Positions 48,340-61,458 of a DNA stretch of 64,000 nucleotides are shown in pieces (position 1 is the stretch's first letter; each line of letters opens with the position of its first letter). The notes beneath the pieces were generated by a model. That model made no database searches and was not told the DNA's origin. It worked only from the letters and a program-made list of their open reading frames with translations. The DNA lies in NCBI GenBank assembly GCA_038087875.1, contig CM075988.1, positions 9,178,001-9,242,000 of the forward strand, in the 5' to 3' direction. This stretch comes from Malacoraja senta (Eukaryota). Both the position numbers and the translations under genes were made by a program.

Positions 48340-48665
48340 TAAGAGAGTCTAGGACTAGAGGGTACAGCCTCAGAATAAAAGGACACATCTTTAGAATGGA
48401 GATGAGGAGGAATTTATTTAGCCAGAGGGTGGTGGATCTGTGGACTTCATTGCCACAGACGACTGTGGAGGTCGTCATTGGGTATTTTTAAAGTGGAGAT
48501 GGATAAGTTCTTGATCAGTAAGGACGCCTAAGGTTAGGGGAGAAGGCAGGGGAACAGCATTGAGAGGGATAAATAGATCAGCCATGATCGAATGGCCAAG
48601 TAGTCTCGATTGATCAAATGGCCTAATTCCGCTCCTATGTCTTATGGTCATGGTCTTATGGTCTA
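48340..48665 (+). mobile_element. CR1 LINE 3' end
   Basis: ESRTRGYSLRIKG.IFRMEMRRNLFSQRVVDLWTSLPQ; (CTTATGGT)n tail. Confidence 0.85.
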
Positions 48666-48745
48666 AGAATGCACATTGTGGATTAAACTCTTGTAATATG
48701 TGTAGGTGACATTTTTAGTTTGTTTGGTACTAGGCCTGTGAAAGG

Positions 48746-49856
48746 TGGCACAGTAGTGCAGCTGGTAGAGCCGCTGCCTCATAGCGTCAGAGATCCGGGT
48801 TCAATCCTAACCTCAGGCATTTGCATGTTCTCCCTGTGACCTTGGTTCTTGGTTTCTTGGTCCTCCAAAATATTCCAAATGGAATTTAAACTGGAAGTGG
48901 TGGAGGGAGGACTTAAGCCAGAAAGGGTTTTTGGGAAGAAAGAGCTACCTTAAATTTAGTTGCATCTGGTTGGGTAACTATAGTAGGGTGAAGATTATTC
49001 CATGCTTTAATTGTGCGGGGGAAGAATGAATTGCTGTACACATCTGTCTTGGTAGCTGGAATCTCAAATTGGATCGAATGTCCTCGTCTGCTCCTAATTG
49101 GTTTGGGTTTGGTGTAGGTCTTGTAATCTATGTTGAGCTGACCATTTAACATTTTGTAAAAACAGGTCAAACAGTGAGCTTCACGTCTGTCTTGGAGAGG
49201 GTTCCACCCCAGAGAATTCAGAAGTTTGGTAACACTCGCTTCTCTCTCATAGGTGTTAGTAACAAATCGAGCTGCCTGTCTTTGGACACGTTCGATGGAA
49301 GAAATGTTTTTATTTGTGTATGGGTCCCATGCTGCAACTGCGTAGTCCAAATGAGGTCTAACGAGGGTGAAGTATAGCTTCTCCTTGACAGAAGTTGAAC
49401 AATGATGAAAGTTGCGCCTCAGAAAATTTAGGACACCTGTTGCTTTCACCATTGCATGATGAGTGTGACCATTCCAGCGCAGATCATTCTGCAATTTGAT
49501 GCCAAGATACTTGGTTTGTTTGGATTCTTCAAGGGTGGTACCAAGTATATTGTACGATGTTTTGCCTGGATTCCTCTTTCTGGTGACACGCATGGTTTCA
49601 CATTTGGAAGGGTTGAACTGCATGCCCCATTGGTGTGACCACATGGGTTTCGTCCAGATGCTCCGGTTTCCTCCCATATGCGAAAGACATGAGGTTTTGT
49701 AGGTTAATTGGCCTCTCTATAAATTTCCCCATGGTGTGTAGGGAGTGGATGAGAAAGTGGGATAACATAGAACCAGTGTGAACGGGTGATCGGTCGTCGG
49801 CATTTATTTGGTGGGCTGAAGGGCCTGTTTCCATGCTGCATCTCTAAACTACACTA
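48746..49856 (+). mobile_element. SINE (48746-48841 and 49634-49856) split by a LINE insertion
   Basis: Halves rejoin at the duplicated TGTGACC. Confidence 0.85.
48842..49633 (-). mobile_element. 5'-truncated CR1-group LINE distinct from the dominant CR1 family; about 240 uninterrupted codons of RT C-terminus
   Basis: WGMQFNPSKC, KYLGI, LVRPHLDYA..AWDPY, IERVQRQAARFV, SFFPRTIKAWNNL; TSD TGTGACC (48835-48841, 49634-49640); (CCAAGAA)n tail. Confidence 0.88.
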
Positions 49857-50009
49857 AGGGCCCTGGAGCATTTCACTGTCTTCAAGTTGCTTCATCAATG
49901 CATATTTTTGTTGATGCTCCCTTTGATTTACAGCAGTTGTTTTCTTTGAGTAAGTGCCCACATTAGGTCCTGAAAGTACACTTATGGTAAATCTACATTT
50001 AAACGTGAT

Positions 50010-50190
50010 CACGGTAGCGCAGGTGATAGCACTGCTTCCTCACAACGTGAGAGGCCCAAGTACGATATTTACCTTGTTGCTGTCTGTGTGTAGTTTGCAT
50101 GTTCTCACTAATACTATGTTATCCGATTTCCTCCCACATTCCAAAGATGAATGGGATTGTAGGGTAGTTAGCCTCCATAAATTGTCCTTA
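50010..50190 (+). mobile_element. Degenerate SINE
   Basis: tRNA head remnant and TTTCCTCCCACATTCCAAAGA. Confidence 0.65.
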
Positions 50191-50654
50191 CTTGTAGCAT
50201 AAGAGTAAATCCACTCCAGGAACATTCTATCACTCCATGATCATCAAGTATTGAATGAATTTACAGATTTGATCACTATAAAGGTAATTTATACATAATT
50301 CTCCCACAAAGACTTTAGCTAAAATAACATTATGCTGTGTTCATGCTTTGAACCCTGGCCAAAGTTGAGTTTGTTGACATTAGGCAGTGACTTTGACTTT
50401 AATTGAGGATGATTATCCAGCCATCTTATTCCAAATTGCTATTCTTGTAAATTGAAATGGGGGAAGGAGTGGACTATCTAGTGTAGTATTTATTATCCAA
50501 GTAGTCTACATCATTCTTCCTCATCTGTGTGTGAACAAAATTAGTGGGCATTTGGCAGCGATCCAGGTATTTGCACACTTACATATTCTCCTGAGATGGG
50601 TAGTAGAAATAAAAGGAAGGTAAACTAACAGAAATTGAGCCACATTTGGTGCAA

Positions 50655-51567
50655 CATGTTCCGTTTAGGTTACTCTGCTGAAGGAAGGATGTCAATAAGC
50701 TGGAAAGAGTATAGAGATATACGAGGATGTTGCCAGGACTCGAGGGCCTGAGCTATAGGGAGAAGTTGGGCAGGCTAGGACTTGATTCCTTGGGGTGCAT
50801 GAGGCTGAGGGATGATCTTATGTAGGTGTACAGAATCACGAGGGGAATAGAGGGTGAATGCATAGAGTATTTTACCCGGGGGGAATCAAGACCCAGAGAA
50901 TGTAGTTTTAAGGTGAGAGGGGAAAGATTTAATAGGAACCTGCGGGGAAACATTTTCATTCAGAGGGTGATGGCCTTATGGAATGAGCTGCCAGAGGAGG
51001 TAGTTGAGATAGGTACTATAATAGTATTTAAAAGATTCTTGGACAGGTACATGGATAGGAAAGGTTTAGACTGATATAGGCCAAAGAAGAACAAATAGAA
51101 CTAACTTAGATGGGCAGACAAAAATGCTGGAGAAACTCAGCGGGTGCAGCAGCATCTATGGAGCGAGGGAAATAGGCAACGTTTCGGGCTGAAAGCCTTC
51201 TTCAGACTGATGGAGAGTGGGGGGGGGGGCAAGGAGAAGAAAATAAAAAGGAAGAGGAGGAGCCCTAGGACTGAGGGAAAGCTGAGAAGGGGAGGAGACA
51301 GCAAGGGCTACCGGAATTGGGAGAATTCAATGTTCATGCCACTAGGGTGCAGACTGCCCAAGCGGAACATGAGATGCTGTTCCTCCAATTTCCGGTTCCT
51401 TCATCCTCCGGAAGATCCACCTCTTCAATCAACGATTCCTGGCTCACCTTAACTCCACCAAAAAAGCTCCCCCGCAATAACGTAGATGGGCACCTTGGTC
51501 GACATGCACACGTTGGACTGAAGGGCCTGTTTCCATGCTGTATGATTCTATGACTCCATGACTCCAA
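50655..51567 (+). mobile_element. CR1 LINE 3' fragment interrupted by a PLE 3' fragment (about 51116-51397, minus)
   Basis: KLERV...RMLPGLEGLSY...WNELPEEVVE...LDRYMD; CR1 3' UTR resumes at AGATGGGCA (about 51484), duplicated at about 51108-51116. Confidence 0.85.
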
Positions 51568-52107
51568 AATAGAACTGAGGCCTTGTATTCAGCTGATTAT
51601 AAGGAGGATTGATACTGATTCTTTTTGCACTGACAGACTGACTTCATATTGTGGGTGCAACTGATGACTTTTATAATAGAAGATTAGAAGATGTCACTGC
51701 ACAGAGACGCAAATTGCTTTCTCCTAATAAACATGCAAAGATCTATTTTCAATCACACAACACATTATAATCTTCGACTGATTTGTTTGGTAAGATGCTC
51801 GGATATTTCTGGCCTGCGATGCAGATTGATTTGTTCAGAATTAGAAGTGTTATCCAACAGTGCTTGCAACTTAATTGCATATTTACCAACTGTTTTTTAT
51901 TTTTATTTTAGGAAGTCTGCTAACTTGAATAGTGTCCTTCAGCCCTCTATTGTCGTCATCATGTCCTTGAGTTTCAGAAGTGTTAATAAAAGGACAACTT
52001 TATTTCCCAGCTCGCTTACAACAGGTTGCCACTCAATCAATCATTCAGCTTCCATTTCCTTGCTTTAATAATAGTTGTGTTACTGGCTGCCATTTCCATG
52101 CGCTGGG

Positions 52108-52420
52108 TTAGTTTACTTTACTTTAGAGATACAGTGTGGAAACAGGCTCTTTGGTCCAACAAATCCGTGCCAACCAGTGAGCACCCCATACACTAGCGCT
52201 ATTATACACACCAGGGATGATTTACAATTTTCACCAAAGCCAAATGAATCTACAAAAGTGCACGCCTTTGGAGTGTGGGAGGAAATCAGAGCATCCGGGG
52301 AAAACCCACACGGTCACAGGGAGAATGTGCAAACTCCATACAGACAACACCTCTGGTCAGGATCGAACCTGGGTCTCTGGCGCTGTAAGGCAGCAACTCT
52401 ACCGCTGTGCCATTGTGCCT
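52108..52420 (-). mobile_element. tRNA-derived SINE
   Basis: Family structure. Confidence 0.88.
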
Positions 52421-52664
52421 CGCCAGTAAATACCTCAGTAATGGCGTTCTTATTCATGTGTGGAAAATTAAGGATTCAAGCAAATAATCCCAGCTGAATT
52501 TTCAATGCAGTTAGCAGTTCTCACTCTAGTTGTTATGCTCTTCACTCGAGTATGAGCAAAGGCACTGAGCTCTTCCTACATCTGGCAAGTTCTCTTCGAT
52601 TTAGTGGGGAACACTGTACGCAATTAAAATCCAATGCAACTACAAAAAAAAATCAGATTTTCCG

Positions 52665-52895
52665 GTCTGAAAAAAGGTCCTGACCCAAAACATCACATAT
52701 CCATGTTCTCCAGAGATGCCCCCTGTCCCGTTGAGTTACTCCAGTACTTTGTATCTTTTTTTTTGTAAACCAGCATCTGCAGTTCCATGTACCTAGACTT
52801 TCCCAGTTCTACTGAAGAGTCTATGACCCAATATCTTGCCTCTCCATTCATTCTGCCTGATCTGCTGAGTGCTTCCTGCATTTTCTGTTTTTGTT
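52665..52895 (+). mobile_element. Two tandem degenerate PLE termini
   Basis: GTCTGAAAAAAGGTCCTGACCCAAAACATCAC... and CTGAAGAGTCTATGACCC... Confidence 0.65.
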
Positions 52896-53257
52896 TCAGT
52901 TTTCCTGAATTTGCAGGTCCAAGTAAAATCCGGGGCAGTTGCTCTGTTCACCTCCTCTAAACCAGATAACTGAAAACTTGTTTTTGTGGCTACAGCAGAG
53001 AAACAGGCCCTTCAGCCCAACATCAATGCTGACCAAATTGTAAAGTTGAGCTAGTTCCACTTGCCTCTGCCTGATACAAGATTGAGATCTTGTCTCTGAA
53101 TTCTTCAAGATTGAAAATCTAGATTGTTAGTTACTCAGTGTTAAATCTGAGTAATATACCTTTCTAGAGGGAACATGGAATAGTTCCTCAAACAGGGGAG
53201 CCTGAAAAATATGTCCATTAACAAAAGGGACTAGCCCAGAGTGCCAACTTGGCCAGC

Positions 53258-53895
53258 ACATGATCATAGAGCTCAACAGCATGGAAACAGGCTCTTTGGC
53301 CCAACTTGTCCTTTCCGACCATGTTGGCACACTGGGTTAGTCCCGTTTGCCTGCATTTGGCCCATCTATCTCTATAATACTAAAACTCTTCGCAGTTGGG
53401 GGCTATGCATGAGTGGTGCAATGTTGCATTGGGGGAACGGCTTGCGTTGGGGGAACGGGTGAGTGGTGGAATCTTGCGACGGGGGAGCAGACCCAACGGG
53501 TCTGCACTTGGTCTAGTATTCATTTAAATCCTTCCTTTCCACACCTGTCCAAATATCTTGAAAGTTGTAATCATATCCGATTCTATCGCTTCCTCTGGCA
53601 ACTCGTTCCAGATATGGACTATCCTCGGAGTGAAAATGTTACCACTGGGATCCCCTTAAATTGATCTCATCTCACCTTAAGCCTGTGCCCTCTAGTTTGA
53701 GTGGGTAGATTATAAGAGCTGACATTGTCCATGCCCCTCATGATTTGGACCCCTTCACAAGGGGCCTCTCAGCCACCTAAACTCCAAACCAAAAGGTCCC
53801 ACCTTTCCCTATCCCGCCTCTCCCTATAACTCAAGCCTGCAAGTCCTCGTAACATCCTGGAAATTCTCTTCTGCACGCTTTCCAACTTACTGACC
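53258..53895 (-). mobile_element. CR1 LINE 3' fragment split by a Helitron
   Basis: Reverse CR1 3' UTR (GCATGGAAACAGGC...GCCTGCATTTGGCCCA|TATT...). Confidence 0.75.
53365..53516 (+). mobile_element. 152-bp non-autonomous Helitron
   Basis: 5' TCTATCTCTATAATACTAAAACTC, 3' hairpin GCAGACCC-AAC-GGGTCTGC (53487-53505) then CTAG; inserted between A and T with no TSD. Confidence 0.88.
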
Positions 53896-53939
53896 TCAAG
53901 CAATAAAGGACTTAAACTAGGCAACATATGGAGTTGGGC

Positions 53940-54100
53940 TATACATCACAATACATACATGCACACACACCATACACACCTACTTATACACGTGCACACA
54001 CACACACACATCACACCACATGCACTCACATACACACACACATATACACATGTGTGCACACACACACACACACGCACACACACGCACAAGCACGCACATG
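53940..54100. repeat. Imperfect (CA)n microsatellite
   Basis: Directly visible. Confidence 0.9.
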
Positions 54101-55192
54101 CGTTTCCTGTCCCCCTCACCTCCTTCCATCACATTTTCACTCACCTCTATGACACCTTTTTATGCTGGTAAAGTCTTTTCCAAAGGGTTGAAGCCCTTTC
54201 AAATGATCAGTGCAGTAAAGACGTCCTCTGTTCAGGTCCCATTTTAAAGCTTGATTCTTGATGTAACCTATTTTGTCCACCTTTGGTGATGCCTCAGTTG
54301 AGCATTCCAGCGATGTGCAATACATGTTCAGAACACCAAAACAAAGTTGTGAAATCCAATTTGCAACGTGCGTCTCTTTTCTCTGGTATGCAGATTCATT
54401 CCCTCTATCTTCCACCAGATAGCACTCTGTGATATTATAACACAAGATAAATCAACATGAACTAAATTAATTCAACTCACCCACAAACCATGCAGCTAAA
54501 CCTGTGGGATTAGTTTTAAACCTCCATCTCTTGCAAACTATCTCTATCCATCATGAACTTATTTTTAATTATAGGTAAAAGATTTCATTCCCATCAAGAA
54601 TTGGTTCTGTGAGTGCTCGGACTACACAGATGGCTTGAATTGAGTTGCTGCCGTATAGAGATGACCATTAACCTTTTGAAGATAGCTGTGGAAATGTTTT
54701 CCCTTTTGTGTGATAAGTTGCAGCGAGCATTCTGATCTCTGCTTCAGTTCTTCTTGAGGATGCTCAGTGGATTATCATTGATATATAAAAATATAGACTG
54801 CAGCGAGTAAATCTTCTCACATAATAATTCAATCCTTGCATCTGTGAATAATTTAGGCAGTTACCAGCAGAGCTTTACAATTTTCAAAATTAATGTCAGG
54901 GCAGGGGAAAGCAGAAAAGATAAGGTTTATTCAATAGGCAGCCAGAGAGATGTGAAAGCATTAACCTTTCAATGTCACCTCACAACTGGTGAGGCTTTGC
55001 TCCTGCAGGTTTGTTTTATGTCTCGCTCCCTTCCTTGTACCTGATCTGAAACACAAAGCTTCCCCTGAAATGAATGCAAAATGAATTCTCATGAGAGATG
55101 TTTTATTGGCAGTTCTATTTTTTTAATTTCCACCCATTCTGAATAAATTGACTGTTCACAAACATTAAAGTATTAGGAAACCAAACCTGAAA

Positions 55193-55523
55193 GGGCGGCA
55201 CGGTGGTGCAGTTGGTAGAGTTGCTTCCTCTCAGTGCCAGAGAACCGGGTTTGGTCCTGACCTCGGGTACTGTCTGTGAGGAATTTGACCGTGTGGGTCC
55301 CCTGTGACCGTGTGGGTCTCCTCGAGGCGCTCCGGTTTCCTCCCACATCCCAAAGACGTAAGCGTTTGTAGATTAATTGGTCTCTGTAAATTGTTCCTGG
55401 TGTGTAAGGAGTGGGAAAGTGGGATATCACAGAACTAGTGTAAATGGGTGACCGATGGTTGGTGTGGACTTGGTGGGCCGGAGGGCCTGTTTCCATGCTG
55501 TATCTCTAAACTAAACTAAACTA
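55193..55523 (+). mobile_element. Full-length tRNA-derived SINE with a short internal duplication (TGACCGTGTGGGTC twice)
   Basis: Family structure. Confidence 0.88.
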
Positions 55524-56524
55524 CTCACTCAGAACATGTAAGTGTATAAACTGAGACTATTGCACCAGGAGGAATGTAACTCCCAAACCCAACGACATCC
55601 TCAGTGGGACCATTATTCGCATTGGGACTTGAAATCCCTTAGCTGCAAACCACTTACCTGATGACAAGTCACTTTAGGGCAAAAATAAAATGGTGAAGCA
55701 GGGATTTGTTTGTATTTTACAATTCAGTTTTGAGATGGAATTTGGCATCTGGGAGCAATTACTGATGAGTCAAAGGCTTATTGTCAAAAGACATCACATT
55801 ACCTGGAAGATATTCATAACAACACATCAACAAAACACAAAGTAAAATGCAAGGTAATGAATGATTCAATGTATACAGTGAGTTCCACTGCACAATAAAT
55901 ATTCAATTCACCAGTCACCCAAAACGCAGTGAGAGCATCTAGCTAATTCATTACCAACCTTGGTCATTACGCTATGCAGATAATAACACAAAATCACAAT
56001 GAATCATTGGTACTTTTGCTTTCAATTACCCAACACGTTGATCCTCCATTATTACAGGTTTGAGTAATATTAACGCAAGGTCAAAAACTCAGAAGAAGGT
56101 AAGTTAAAGTCAATAACCTTGTACTGCAAGCAGGGGGCATATCTGAAGCGGATATCAATTAGAAAATTGTCATTGTAGAAATACAAAGTTATCTGAGGCA
56201 CTTGTTCCCTTTATGGGATTACGCTGTGTATGTGCTGATTTTGTAATGATAAACTCAGAGCAGTGGCAAGCCAAGTATTAGGAGGTAGAAAGTGACATGC
56301 AATTTAACCTTGTGAATGTTTGGAGAGTCAGAGAGTTGTATAGCATTAAAAAGGGCCTTTCGGCCCACCACATGCATGTCCACCATTTTAGCTATCAACA
56401 CTAATCCCATTTGCCTGCACCAGGTCCTTTTCCATCTATGCCTTGCCTAGTCAGGCGCTATAACAAATATATCTTAAACATAGTGATTGTACCTAGTTCC
56501 ACCAGTTATCAAACACTCTCTGCA

Positions 56525-56800
56525 GAAGATAGACATAAAGTGTTGGAGTAATTCAATGGGTCAGGCAGCATCTCAGGGGAAAAAGGACAGGTGACGTTTC
56601 AGGTCAGGACTCTTCTTCAAATGGTAAGTAGAGTGGTGGGGGGGGGGGGGGGGGGGAACTGGAGGCGAGAAAAGACCAGGACAAATCAGGGCTGGCAACA
56701 GATAGGTGACAATTTGTTTCGGGACCCTTCTTCAGAGAGAAAGTAGAGGGGAGGTTGGAGAGATCTGAGGCAAGAAAAGACCATGACAAACCAGGACGGG
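56525..56800 (-). mobile_element. PLE termini, two partial tandem copies
   Basis: GGTGACGTTTCAGGTCAGGACTCTTCTTCA and TTTCGGGACCCTTCTTCAGA, each followed by a GAAAAGACCA.GACAAA segment. Confidence 0.7.
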
Positions 56801-57542
56801 CAGCACATGGCTGGTGAAGGTGTGATCTCAAGAGGGATACATTGCTGCAAAATATGGAACCGATTACACTGGTCTGCTCTCTGTCTTGGATTTGATCCTC
56901 GCATTCAAATTCCCTCATGCATCTCCAATCTCAATCCTTCCTCTGCAAACTCTGTCACATCCTGACCTCTATTACTCATCTGGGGGAACATACTGGGGGA
57001 AGCTGCTTTTCCACAGTCTGCCTTTGACCAAAGCAGATAGAGAACCATTTTGCCAAATCCCAATCATTAAGTGACCCATGCATTTTCCGTCAGTGCGATC
57101 GACCAGCTTTGCGCACTGCAGTCCCTATTATTTTCCCGATTTGCCACTTGGTTTCTTAGTGTGAGCTATTAACATTATTGAACAGATAAACGATGTTGTT
57201 CATGTTTACCAGGATTTTAAACAGCTGAGCGTAAATCTACAGATTTACACAGCTTCTTCCCTTCTGATGAGACTTTGAATGAGCTACAAGAAGACCTGAG
57301 CTTCAGATATAAAAGGTCTTTATTTGGCAAAACACGGAGGCATTCTGGAAGAAATTCTTGGAAGCATCTCATCGACCTCAAAGAACTTTAATGCATTATA
57401 CTCTAGGAGTCAATGTAAAGCAGGGGATTAAATGCTGCTATATTTACAATTACATTGTGTTGGCAGGTTGCTGCATAGAATTAATTACTTACAATGGGAG
57501 CAATTCTCAACTGTTAAGAATGCCCCTGTATATTCAAAACTA

Positions 57543-57860
57543 GGGGGCAGCACGGTGGAGCAGCGGTAGAGTTGCTGCCTTACAATGCCTGAGACCTGGG
57601 TTTGATCCTGACTACAGGTGCTGTCTGTAGTGGAGTATGCACATTCTCCCCGTGACCTGCATGGGTTTTCTCCAGGTGCTCTGATTTCCTCCCAAAGATG
57701 TACAGGTTAGTAGGCTAATTGGCTTGGTAAAATTGTGAATTGTCCCTAGTGTGTATAGGATAGTCCCCATTGTACGGGGATCGCTGGTCGCCAGGGACTT
57801 GGTGGGCCGAAAGGCCTGTTTCGGTGCTGTATCTCTAAATTAAACTGAACTGAACTAAAC
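57543..57860 (+). mobile_element. Full-length tRNA-derived SINE
   Basis: Family structure. Confidence 0.9.
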
Positions 57861-58294
57861 TTTGCAGGGAATCCAGACACCAAGACAGCCTTCTGTATTG
57901 AAAGATGGCTGTATCAGAGAATACAATACAATGTTGTGTATTCTCAAAATGTTTAACGCATGTCTTGGGCTAAAAGGCGATGGGGTAAATGAGTGCGACA
58001 GTGGAAAAGACTAGGTGGGCCTCTGTTCAAAAGGAAGTGGAGGACCCCCAGACCATACTGCCGCATAATTCACTCAAACATGCATTTATGTGCAGTTATT
58101 CCTGTGATTCTATCAGCAGGCTTGGTCATAATTAATAATATTTCACTATTTTGTCATCCTTTTCAATAAAAATGATCTGATCTTTGTATTGTCCCTCACC
58201 AGGGTAAACTCCCAGCATCTTGCAAGAAAGGTAAGAGGTCATCAAGGTGACACTGAACACAGGAGACGCCCAACCAGAGATTGGATGGTGGAGG

Positions 58295-59075
58295 AAAGAA
58301 CTGCAGATAGACACAAAATGCTGGAACAACTCAGCGGGACAAGCAAAGATAAAAGAAATGGGTGACGTTTCAGGTTGAGACCTTGCTTCAGACTGATGTC
58401 AGGGGAGTCGGCGAGACAGAGATAGAATGTAGTCGGAGACAGTGAGACTAGAGGGAGAACTGGAAAGGGGGAGGGGATGGAGAGAGAAGGAAATCAAGGG
58501 CTATTTGAAGTTAGAGACGTCAATGTTCATAACACTGGGGTGTATGCTACACAAGCAAAATATAAGGTGCTGTTCCTCCAATTTGCGCTGGGCCTCACTC
58601 TGACAATGGAAAAGGCACAGGACAGAAAGGTCAGTGTGGAATGGGAGGAGGTGTTGAAGTTCTGAGCCACCAGGAGATCAGGTCGGTTAAGACGGACTGA
58701 GCGGAGGTGTTCAGTGAAATGATCGCCGAGCCTGCGCTTGGTCTCGCCGATATACAGAAGTTGACACCTAGAACAGCAGATACAGTAGATTAGTTTGGAG
58801 GAGGTGCAAGTGAACCTCTGCCTCACCTGAAAAGACTGTCGGGCTCTCTGGATGGAGTCGAGGGACAGGTGTTGCATCTCCTGCGGTTGAAGGGGAAAAT
58901 TCCTGAATAGGGGGTGGTTTGGGTGGGAAGGGACGAGTTGACCAGGGAGTTGCGGAGGGTAAGGTCTCTGTGAAAAACAGAAAGGGATGGAGATGGGAAG
59001 ATCTCACCAGTAGTGGGACCCCGTGGGATTTATTTTGAGTGTAGGATGGAAATTAGTCGTGAAGTTGATGAAGTA
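58295..59075 (-). mobile_element. PLE 3' fragment with GIY-YIG endonuclease remnant
   Basis: QSFQVRQRFTCTSSKLIYCICCSRCQLLYIGETKRRLGDHFTEHLRSV (ORF 58527-58877); pLTR at about 58295-58395. Confidence 0.88.
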
Positions 59076-59249
59076 TTAGATCAGATCAGATGGTGGAAGC
59101 AGGATCAAATGCAGCAACCTGAGCCAAGGTGGCTAATGGAGGCAGATTAGGTACACGGTGGGTGAAAAGAGAGTTGGATATAAACAAAGTCCCTGATCTA
59201 TTTATGACAAATCTAAATAATCAATGGCGTTACAGAAATATGATTGACA

Positions 59250-59408
59250 TAATTTCATAAATTCATAAGTTATAGGAGCAGAATTAAGCCATTCAGCCCA
59301 TCAAGTCTACTCTGCCATCCAATCATGGCAGATCTCTCATTCCCTCTCATACCCCATTCCCCTGCCTTCTCCCCATAACCCCTGACACCCATACTAATCA
59401 AGAATCTA
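59250..59408 (-). mobile_element. CR1 3' UTR fragment
   Basis: Similar to 10322-10480. Confidence 0.75.
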
Positions 59409-60300
59409 TGTAGACTTCAAGCAGTGCTGCAACGTGGATTGTGGTTGTATTCTTGTGGGGTTACAAACTCAAACCAGAGAGGCACCTTTATGTTTAATCA
59501 GTCACTCGGAAACACAACCGCTAAATTTTGCCTCCATTTTACCATGAGGAACCTTGTCATATAGGGCAGATATTCAGAATGGTGATTGATAATGTGCCTT
59601 AGCTTACCTCTTTCAGGAAAGGGAAATGAGCCAGAGGCAGGAAAGAGGGACTAGCTTGGTTGGCATGGACGTGTTGGGCTAAAGGCCTGTTTCCATGCAG
59701 TGTAGCTCTATGACTATGATGCAGCAAAACCGTTCATTTCCACAACTAATTTAAGGTGTGAGAGTTTTATTACAGCCAATTGGAAAGACATTAAGGGATT
59801 AAATCTGTTTGACATTATTCCCTTGGCACTAGTCACTTCCATAATTTCCCACAGCCTATATTACTTCTGATTGCCTGTCACTAATAAAACAGCAAATTTA
59901 AAAGCTTTCATTTTATATTAGTGGTCAGAAATATAAATGACAATCTTCCTTTCCTTCCCAACTATCATGTTTTAAAAAACTAATCAATGAGATTTTCCTT
60001 GGCGTAATGCTTTCAGCTTTTTATCATTGAGACTGTCCATTGACAATGATGCAGTAGAATAATCCAAAGGACAGCAAGAGAGATTTATGTTGGTCCATTA
60101 TGGTGGGCTCACAAAGGGAGCTTACATTCATCTTCAGAGAAAAGACCAAGGGCAACATTTGTATTAAAATAATGAATGGAGTAGGTAAAGTGAATGCAAG
60201 CAAACAATGCTGCCTTATTGATTTAAAAAAGAAATGCTTGCATTTATATAGCACATTAACACATTTTATGAAAAGATCCCTAAATATTAATTCATTTTTA

Positions 60301-61458
60301 GGGCAGCACAGTGGTGCAGCTAGTAGAGTTGCTATCTCACAGCGCTAGAGATGAATCAGAGTATAGACGAGAGATCGACCGACTGACTAAATGGTGCCAG
60401 CACAATAACCTGGCTCTCAACACCAGCAAAACCAAGGAACTGATTGTGGACTTTGGAAGGGGTAGGATGGGGACCCGCAATCCCGTTTATATCAACGGGT
60501 CAATGGTGGAAAGGGTCAAGAGCTTCAAATTCCTGGGCGTGCATACTTCCGAAGATCTCTCCTGGTCCCAGAACACTGATGCAATTATAAAGAAAGCACA
60601 TCAGCGCCTCTACTTCCTGAGAAGATTACGGAGAGTCGGTATGGCGAGGAGGACTCTCTCGAACTTCTACAGGTGCACAGTAGAGAGCATGCTGACCGGT
60701 TGCATTGTTGGTTGGTTCGGCAACTTGTGCGCCCAGGAGCGGAAAAGACTGCAAAAAGTTGTAGACACTGCCCGGTCCATCATCTCCTGACCTCCCCACC
60801 ATCGAGGGGATCGACCACAGTCACTGCCTCAAAAAGGCTGGCAGCATCATCAAGGACCCACACCATCCTGGCCACACACTCATCTCTCCGCTGCCATCAG
60901 GTAGAAGGCACAGGAGCCTGAAATCTGCAACATCAAGGTTCAGGAACAGCTACTTCCCCACAGCCATCAGACTATTAAACACAGCTCAAACAAAAATCTG
61001 AACTTTAATAGCATATTGCACTTTATATGCTTATTTATGTGTGTATATATATATATATATTCAATGGCATATGGACACAATGATCTGTTCTGTATTTATT
61101 TATGCCTACAATATTCTGTTGTGCTGAAGCAAAGCAAGAATTTCATTGTCCTATCTGGGACACATGACAATAGACTCTCTTGAATCTTGAATCTTGAATC
61201 TAGAGAACCAGGTTCGATCCTGACCTTGGCTATGTGCAGTTTGCACACTTTCACTGTGATTGCGTGGATTTTCTCCAGGTACTCTGGCTTCCTCCCTTAT
61301 CCCATAGACCTGTGTGTTTGTAGGTTAATTGGCATCTGTAAAATAGCCGCTGGTGTGTGGAGAGTGGATGGGGAAGTGGAATAACAGAGAAACTAGTGTG
61401 AACGGGTGATCAATGGTCAGCAAGGACTGTTCCACGCTGTATCTCTAAATCCAACTAA
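60301..61458 (+). mobile_element. SINE (60301-60351 and 61200-61458) split by a Rex1/Babar-type LINE
   Basis: Halves rejoin at the duplicated CTAGAGA. Confidence 0.85.
60352..61199 (+). mobile_element. 5'-truncated Rex1/Babar-type LINE
   Basis: DESEYRREIDRL.KWC..NNLALNTSKTKELIVDF...FKFLGV...KKAHQRLYFLRRL; (CTTGAAT)n tail; TSD CTAGAGA (60345-60351, 61200-61206). Confidence 0.9.

Noticed and set aside
60311..60790. 159-aa ORF as a host gene, likewise 48913-49677 and 63074-63541
   Set aside because: Chimeric frames running from SINE or CR1 sequence into truncated LINE RT fragments
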